A DNA stretch of 64,000 bases from a bacterium (GTDB taxonomy: Bacteria > CAIWAD01). The stretch spans positions 28,931 through 92,930 of the forward strand of contig JAUIFJ010000015.1 of assembly GCA_030429345.1 (NCBI GenBank), in the 5' to 3' direction. A model generated the notes under the pieces. That model was not told where the DNA came from, made no database searches, and saw only the letters and a program-made list of their open reading frames with translations. A program made the position numbers and the translations under genes. Of the stretch, positions 58,370-64,000 are shown in pieces (position 1 is the first letter of the stretch; the number at the start of each line of letters is the position of its first letter).

Positions 58370-59114
58370 CCTGAGGGTTCCTTTCCATGGGTTTCTCCCC
58401 CTCTGCGTCCTGCCAGGCCCGTTCGTCCGGATCCTGGTGCACGCGGGGCTTGAGTAAAAGTACCGCCAGATAAAACAGTGGCGTATCGAAGAGCGCGACC
58501 AGCACCTTGAAGAGGAAGCCGTTGAGCAGCAGGCCCCCGAAGCGGTCCCAGGCGATCACGCCGGCCAGGCAGAGCAGGAGCAGCACGGCGGCCGTGTCCA
58601 CAAGCTGGCTCACAATGGTCGAGCCGTTGTTGCGCAGCCAGAGGTGCTTGCCTTTCGTGAGACGCTTCCAGAAGTGGAAAACGCGAATATCGATGAACTG
58701 CGCCGCCAGGTAGGCCGACATGGAGGCGAAGACCGCGGGACCGAAAAGGCCGAAGACCCGGCCGAAGGTCTCGTCGTCGACGGGCGACCAGGCGGTCTGC
58801 GGCACGGCATTGGCGAGCATCACGATGCCCATCACGAAGAGGCTGGCGACGAAGCCGCTGAAGACGACCCAGTTGGCCCGCCGCCTGCCGTAGAGCTCGC
58901 TGATGATGTCGGTCACCAGGAAGGTCACCGGATATGGCAGGATGCCGACGCTGATCTCGAAAGTATACAGCCCGAAGGGCGTCCAGGTGAAGAACTTCTG
59001 GAAGATCAGGTTGCAGGCGACCAGCGAGCTGATGAAGATCGCCGCCAGCACCAGGAAGAGCACGCGCGCAAAATCGGTGATCTCGGGATGCTCCGTATAC
59101 GCAACCTGTTTCAC
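58362..59114 (-). CDS. yhhQ: Queuosine precursor transporter (YhhQ/VUT family)
   Basis: [50 protein letters not shown] start 59114. Confidence 0.88.
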   Translation of the reverse strand: MKQVAYTEHPEITDFARVLFLVLAAIFISSLVACNLIFQKFFTWTPFGLYTFEISVGILPYPVTFLVTDIISELYGRRRANWVVFSGFVASLFVMGIVMLANAVPQTAWSPVDDETFGRVFGLFGPAVFASMSAYLAAQFIDIRVFHFWKRLTKGKHLWLRNNGSTIVSQLVDTAAVLLLLCLAGVIAWDRFGGLLLNGFLFKVLVALFDTPLFYLAVLLLKPRVHQDPDERAWQDAEGEKPMERNPQGE

Positions 59115-59761
59115 GCCGTCTTCCCCGCGGAGGGGCAGAGGTCGGCAAGCACGCAGCGGGCGCAGGCCGGGCGCCGGGCAATGCAGACCGCGCGGCCGTG
59201 CTCGATGACTCGGTGCGTCAGCCTGACCCACTCGGCGGGTTCGAAGAGGTCCATCAGTTCCCGTTCCAGTTTGACAGCATCCCTCGTCTTGCCGAAGCCC
59301 AGCAGGTTCATGATGCGGATCATGTGCGTGTCGATGACCATCGACGGCACGCCGAAGACTTCGCCCAGAATGCAGTTGGCCGTCTTGCGACCGACTCCCG
59401 GCAGCTTGACCAGCTCCTCCATCGTCCGGGGCACCTGCCCGCCATGGAGTTCGAGCACGGCCCGGCTCATACCGACGATGCTGCGCGCCTTCTGGTTGTG
59501 GTAGCCGCAACTGTGAATGTCGACCGCCAGCTCCGGCGCTTCGACAGAAGCGAAGGCCCTGGGCGAGCGGTACTTGCGAAACAGCGGCTTGCAGACCTGG
59601 TTGACACGCTCATCCGTGCATTGCGCCGAGAGGATTGTGGCAACCAGCAACTGGTGTGGGGTTTTGTAGTGCAGCGAGCAGCGGGCGTCCGGCCATTCTT
59701 TCGCCAGTCTGCGAACCACTTCGGCGGCCCGCTCCTGACGCTTTTTCCTGCTTTCCCTCAT
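59111..59761 (-). CDS. nth: Endonuclease III
   Basis: LLVATILSAQCTDERVN, LPGVGRKTAN HhH motif, C-x6-C-x2-C-x5-C Fe-S motif. Confidence 0.95.
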   Translation of the reverse strand: MRESRKKRQERAAEVVRRLAKEWPDARCSLHYKTPHQLLVATILSAQCTDERVNQVCKPLFRKYRSPRAFASVEAPELAVDIHSCGYHNQKARSIVGMSRAVLELHGGQVPRTMEELVKLPGVGRKTANCILGEVFGVPSMVIDTHMIRIMNLLGFGKTRDAVKLERELMDLFEPAEWVRLTHRVIEHGRAVCIARRPACARCVLADLCPSAGKTA

Positions 59762-60114
59762 CGAAGCGGACTCCCCTGCAACTGGCCGGATCAGCATACC
59801 AATTCGGCAGGGTTCCTGCATGGAATCCCTTGGTGCGAAAGGGGCGCTCCCGCGCTTGATGGACCTGCACCCCTTCCGCATTGCGCAGGGCCTTGAGGCG
59901 CCCCGGAGCAGAAAAAGTTGGATGGCTTCCAGGACAAAAACCGGAAAGCGGCGATTTTCCGGAAGGGAGCGGAGTCCGTGAAGTAGTTTTGATCTTCTTT
60001 TCTAGTTGATTTCTATTCGCTTAAGACCATTGCAACAGAAAATGCACAAAAAGATGAAACTGTAAGGTGCCAGCGATCAGCCTGTAAGAAATAGGGCCTA
60101 GATTTCCCCCCGAA

Positions 60115-60720
60115 TTCGAAATCAAGCCCGGGGCGCCCAGTCGGGGGACCACGGCGCCCCGGGAGATTTCGAAGGCTTTCGACGCCAGGCGTCGATCCTC
60201 GACAGACCAACGCAGGGATGCCAGCAGCGGAGGCATTCCTTCAGCGGGACACCCGTGAACGGGTCTCCTTGAAGCGGCTCGGAACAAGAGATTCCGGGCC
60301 GCCGGAAACAGCGGCTTTCCCGTCCCGGAGCGGCCGGGGCGGGAAAACGGCCGCCACGAACAGCGAAACAGAATCGGCAAACACACAGCGCCGAGCTGGA
60401 AGTGGCCGCGAAGAGGCGGCCAGACAGGCGAAAGAAAAAGGAAAGAGACGCGAAGGCGTTCCGGGACCGTCGGTCGGGGGACACGGCGGTCCCGGAGCTT
60501 CGCACTCAGAATGCAGCACGGGCCAAAGCTCCTGGTGCGCATGAAAGCGAAACAAGAGTTCTCTTCTTCCATAAAAATTCCGCCCTGGACAAGGGAGTCG
60601 GCGCCGGTGGGGACAGGCCCGGACGAACCGACAGGGCGGTTTTGATTCTGCGCATGGCCGCAGGGAGATTCTGGTGAACTGCCCGATCCGGCGGGTGGTG
60701 GAAGGTCTCCCCGCGGTTTT
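60115..60720 (+). ncRNA. Candidate large structured ncRNA (family unassigned)
   Basis: About 13 consecutive hairpins, G-U wobbles on the + strand, A-rich linkers, three GGGG-loop motifs, final stem followed by TTTT, no credible ORF. Confidence 0.6.
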
Positions 60721-60977
60721 GCAGCATTTCGACTCCTTCTATTAGCCGCAACACCACCTTCCCATGTCACCCTATACACATGAGAACATCTTTCACTTCC
60801 GGGATCCTTAACTGAAAGGCGATGGTGGGCCTAGTGAAAGCTGCAATAGCGATACTAGACTAAAACGAACAGCTACTCCTGATCTTGACACATAAATCAG
60901 GCTTCACCAGTCACATTTAGTCAATACAAGCGACTGGGGTGTAGCGAACAATGAACACACTGTTGAGGGGAAAACTC

Positions 60978-63548
60978 ATGCGCACCTCTTTCCAGCCAGT
61001 ACTCCGACTTCGAGCTTTAGGCCGCCTTTGCTTCGCTGCGGTCGTCGGTCTGCCAAGCTTGGTCGATTCAGCCATGGCCGAGGACATTGCCTTTGCGTCA
61101 GAAGAGGTCTTGGCCGGGGATTTAATCCGACCCATAGGTTTAGCTGGAGCAGACATTGATGGCGATGGAGACGATGATGTAGTAGCCACCTTCAACGGTT
61201 CGGATCACATTGTCTGGTTGGAAAACACAAACGGTCAGGGTACAGAGACCCGGCGTCATGTCATTTCGGATCAGCTGATCGAACCGCGTTGGGTACAATG
61301 CAGAGATCTGGACGCGGACGGGGATCTCGACATCATCGTGAACAGCGTTTCACTGGATGACGGGTTCTTGTACTGGTACGAAAACCTGGACGGTGCGGGC
61401 GGCTTCGGCCCGGGACACCAGATAGGAGATAGCGGGCTGGCCTTCCAAGGTCTGGACATTGTCGACATTGATGAAGACGGCGACCTGGATGTTCTTTCCA
61501 CCAGCGCAAATCTGGCGTTGTACTTCGAGAACACCGACGGTCAGGGTGCCTTTGCCGATGAACAGATTCTCTTGCAGACGGATCACAACCTGCAAAATAT
61601 CTACGCCATGGAGTTGGACGGAGATGAGACCATGGAATTCGTCCTTAGTACAGGACTAGAGGACGAATCGGCCAGTGTGTATGTGGTTCAGCAGACACAA
61701 AACGGTTTCGCTCTTTCGCAGTCATTCTCTTTTGACGGCTATCCAATGAAAATCGTACAGGGAGATCTGGACCAGGATGGAGACCAGGACTTTGCAGCAA
61801 CACTGTTCTCCTCTCAAGCCGGGATAGGCCTTGTCTGGTTTATGCAGGAAAATGACTCAACCCTGTTTACACTCCAGGACCCTATCGTCAATGGGTCCGA
61901 TTGGGGTGGGCGAGGTCTGCTGGCCTTGGATACCGATAACAACGGCACATACGAACTGGTTGCAAGCTTTCTGAATACGGGAACTGCTGCATGGCAAGAA
62001 GAGCTACGCAGATACCACTACGACGAGGAGAGCACGGCCTTTGTGGGCGAGGTACTGGCTGAAGATTTTCGCAGCAATCCGATATCCCTTGAACTTGCGG
62101 ATCTGGATGGGGATGGATACAAGGACTTTCTTGCAGCAAGTCAGTACAAGGGAGTCGGATGGTTCAAGAATCCTGGAACGGAGAATAGCACCGCCCACTA
62201 CAGCACCCTGACCCCATACCTGGGCCAACAACCGGAACTCCTGGTAACAGACCTGGAGGCGGATGGACATGTCGACATCGTTGCAGTGACACTGGGAGGA
62301 ACGACTCTTCACAACTACTTGCCCAGCGGTATTGAGTATCACTCCCACCTGTTCTCAAGTTCGGGTGAAAACCCAGGACTTACGCTCTTCGAAGAAGCAC
62401 AAACACCCCATCTTGTCTACGCCGCATCTGGAGCCGTAGCTATCATGGAGTACGACGCAATTCAGCGCACCTTCGTTCTTGAGCAGGAGCTTGTCTCTGA
62501 CTTTGAGACCAGGCACACGGAGCTTATAGACCTGGATGATGATGGCGATCTGGACATTATTGGCTGGGAGCATGTGGATCACGATTGGGATTGGGCCGGT
62601 GGAGCTGCCCATCTATTCATGATGTCGGATTCACTGCAGGGCTACGAGCCAGCATTGTACCTTGGATTCGACGATGTATACGACATCGTTTGCGGGGACT
62701 TTGACGACGACGGCGACATGGACATTGTTAAGGCCGGCACTTGGCAACTGTCCTTCATGGAAAACAATGGTGAGGGTGAGTTTTCTGCCGACTCAATTGA
62801 TTCATCGATCGCAGCACCTGGTGCTCTTGCGACGGTGGATATCGACCTGGATGGTGACCTGGACCTCGTTGTTGGTTCAACGGAGAGGCCAAATTCGTAC
62901 TACGGGACACTTGCCTGGATTGAGAACAGAATCTCGAGCGATGGTGGCTGGGTCGTCAATGAACTCCATACTCACTTACCACGATACTCAGTTGATACAC
63001 CCGATTTGGACCAGGACGGGGATCCGGATATACTGACGAGTTCCGGCTCAGATGTACTGTGGCATGAAAATCTGGATGGCAACGGCACCTTCAGCGAAGC
63101 CCGATTCATACGGGATGTACCCTGGTCGCACTACTGCTACGCCGTATCCACTGGCGACATCAATGGAGACGGCTTGTTGGATGTGATCGCAATGATCGAG
63201 GAGGGATACGAATCGAGCATTCTCTGGTTTGAAAACCAGGGTGCCGTGTCCGTCGAGGACTATGGGACTTCCTTCAGGCAGCCCCAATCCATGGCGCTGT
63301 TATCCGTTTACCCAAATCCCTTCAACCCGCAGACCCTCATCCGCCTGGAGCTGGTCCAGCCAGCAATTGCGGAAGTGGGCGTCTACAATCTGGCCGGACA
63401 ACTGGTACGTACCGTGCATCACGGCAACTTGCCGAAAGGTACGACGGAACTGGTCTTCGACGGCAGTGCCCTGGGCAGCGGGATGTATGTTGTCCAGGCC
63501 GAGACAAAATACCAGGTCGTTAGGGAAAAGGTGCTTCTGCTGAAGTGA
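60978..63548 (+). CDS. FG-GAP/VCBS-repeat secreted protein with T9SS type A CTD
   Basis: Many D(L/I)DxDGDxD repeats with W(Y/F)EN; CTD SVYPNPFNPQT...LGSGMYVV...KVLLLK; start 60951 or 60978. Confidence 0.88.
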   Translation: MRTSFQPVLRLRALGRLCFAAVVGLPSLVDSAMAEDIAFASEEVLAGDLIRPIGLAGADIDGDGDDDVVATFNGSDHIVWLENTNGQGTETRRHVISDQLIEPRWVQCRDLDADGDLDIIVNSVSLDDGFLYWYENLDGAGGFGPGHQIGDSGLAFQGLDIVDIDEDGDLDVLSTSANLALYFENTDGQGAFADEQILLQTDHNLQNIYAMELDGDETMEFVLSTGLEDESASVYVVQQTQNGFALSQSFSFDGYPMKIVQGDLDQDGDQDFAATLFSSQAGIGLVWFMQENDSTLFTLQDPIVNGSDWGGRGLLALDTDNNGTYELVASFLNTGTAAWQEELRRYHYDEESTAFVGEVLAEDFRSNPISLELADLDGDGYKDFLAASQYKGVGWFKNPGTENSTAHYSTLTPYLGQQPELLVTDLEADGHVDIVAVTLGGTTLHNYLPSGIEYHSHLFSSSGENPGLTLFEEAQTPHLVYAASGAVAIMEYDAIQRTFVLEQELVSDFETRHTELIDLDDDGDLDIIGWEHVDHDWDWAGGAAHLFMMSDSLQGYEPALYLGFDDVYDIVCGDFDDDGDMDIVKAGTWQLSFMENNGEGEFSADSIDSSIAAPGALATVDIDLDGDLDLVVGSTERPNSYYGTLAWIENRISSDGGWVVNELHTHLPRYSVDTPDLDQDGDPDILTSSGSDVLWHENLDGNGTFSEARFIRDVPWSHYCYAVSTGDINGDGLLDVIAMIEEGYESSILWFENQGAVSVEDYGTSFRQPQSMALLSVYPNPFNPQTLIRLELVQPAIAEVGVYNLAGQLVRTVHHGNLPKGTTELVFDGSALGSGMYVVQAETKYQVVREKVLLLK

Positions 63549-63580
63549 TTGGTTACTGTCCAGGAGCAAAGGGTCTGTTC

Positions 63581-63823
63581 ATGACAAGGCAAACGATCGG
63601 GTCCCGTAAAACAAAGACTCCCCTGGACGACCAGCCCTTCCGCTGGCAAGCGGCGGGAGAGGACCGTATACAGATCTTCTGGGAAGGGCGCGTCGTGACC
63701 ACGGTCTCCGGCAAGGCGGGACTGAAGCTGAAACACAAGCTCGAGCAGGCCGACGAGCTGGAAACCCAGCACCTGCTGGCCCGCGCCACAGGCAACTTCC
63801 GCCGGGGGAACGAGAGGGGATGA
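63581..63823 (+). CDS. Small hypothetical protein
   Basis: IFWEGRVVTTVSG...LARATGNFRRGNER; followed by a terminator. Confidence 0.65.
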   Translation: MTRQTIGSRKTKTPLDDQPFRWQAAGEDRIQIFWEGRVVTTVSGKAGLKLKHKLEQADELETQHLLARATGNFRRGNERG

Positions 63824-63827
63824 AGAC

Positions 63828-63865
63828 CTCGCACGGAGGCCGCAGAGGGGGCGGAGAGCACAGGG
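63828..63865. repeat. Nonamer-array element, single arm
   Basis: CTCGCACGGAGGCCGCAGAGGGGGCGGAGAGCACAGGG, same family as 14995 and 26891. Confidence 0.6.
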
Positions 63866-63871
63866 AAGAAC

Positions 63872-63906
63872 AAAAGGGGGGCGTCGCGAAGCGACGCCCC
63901 CCTTTT
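63872..63906. terminator. Bidirectional intrinsic terminator
   Basis: AAAAGGGGGGCGTCGC-GAA-GCGACGCCCCCCTTTT. Confidence 0.85.
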
Positions 63907-64000
63907 CACTACTCCTAAGGGACGCTTGTCATATATGGTCCGTCCCTTTCCTGCAATTGAATCCATGCGATTTTGAAGCAGCGCTGCGGTCATATATCCG

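Noticed and set aside
59762..59900. Possible preQ1 riboswitch for nth-yhhQ-folE (and a Moco riboswitch before moaA)
   Set aside because: No consensus aptamer is recognisable, and yhhQ overlaps nth with no leader.
60021..60779. 252-aa minus-strand ORF and other frames across the structured region
   Set aside because: R/P/G/S-rich composition with no motifs; the hairpin pattern explains the region better.

Overview
GC-rich bacterial chromosomal window. Four complete genes end in a 'YPNPF/AN' Por/T9SS-type C-terminal sorting domain, which suggests an FCB-superphylum organism (inference). Most of it is housekeeping or cell-envelope genes: an OprC-like TonB receptor, a TonB receptor/lipoprotein pair beside phoBR, aroC, mnmA, moaA, SPFH+RHH, tRNA-Gln, tRNA-Thr, aqpZ, a mannose-family PTS cluster, mpl, an AAC(6')-like GNAT and folE-yhhQ-nth. 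There are also two tandem giant modular secreted paralogs. Two non-coding signals stand out. (1) A 101-bp element occurs six times in the same orientation with no indels. Two TGTCC-N8-GGAC(A) boxes start exactly 83 bp apart and flank a near-invariant core. (2) A ~600-nt stretch (60115-60720) with no credible ORF holds about 13 hairpins whose mismatches are mostly G-U on the + strand, with a repeated GGGG-loop motif; it is a candidate large structured ncRNA. Also present: a 308-bp REPIN/BIME-like tandem repeat and several short-period intergenic repeat families. No integrase, transposase or cas gene was seen. All calls were made by eye; no database searches were run.
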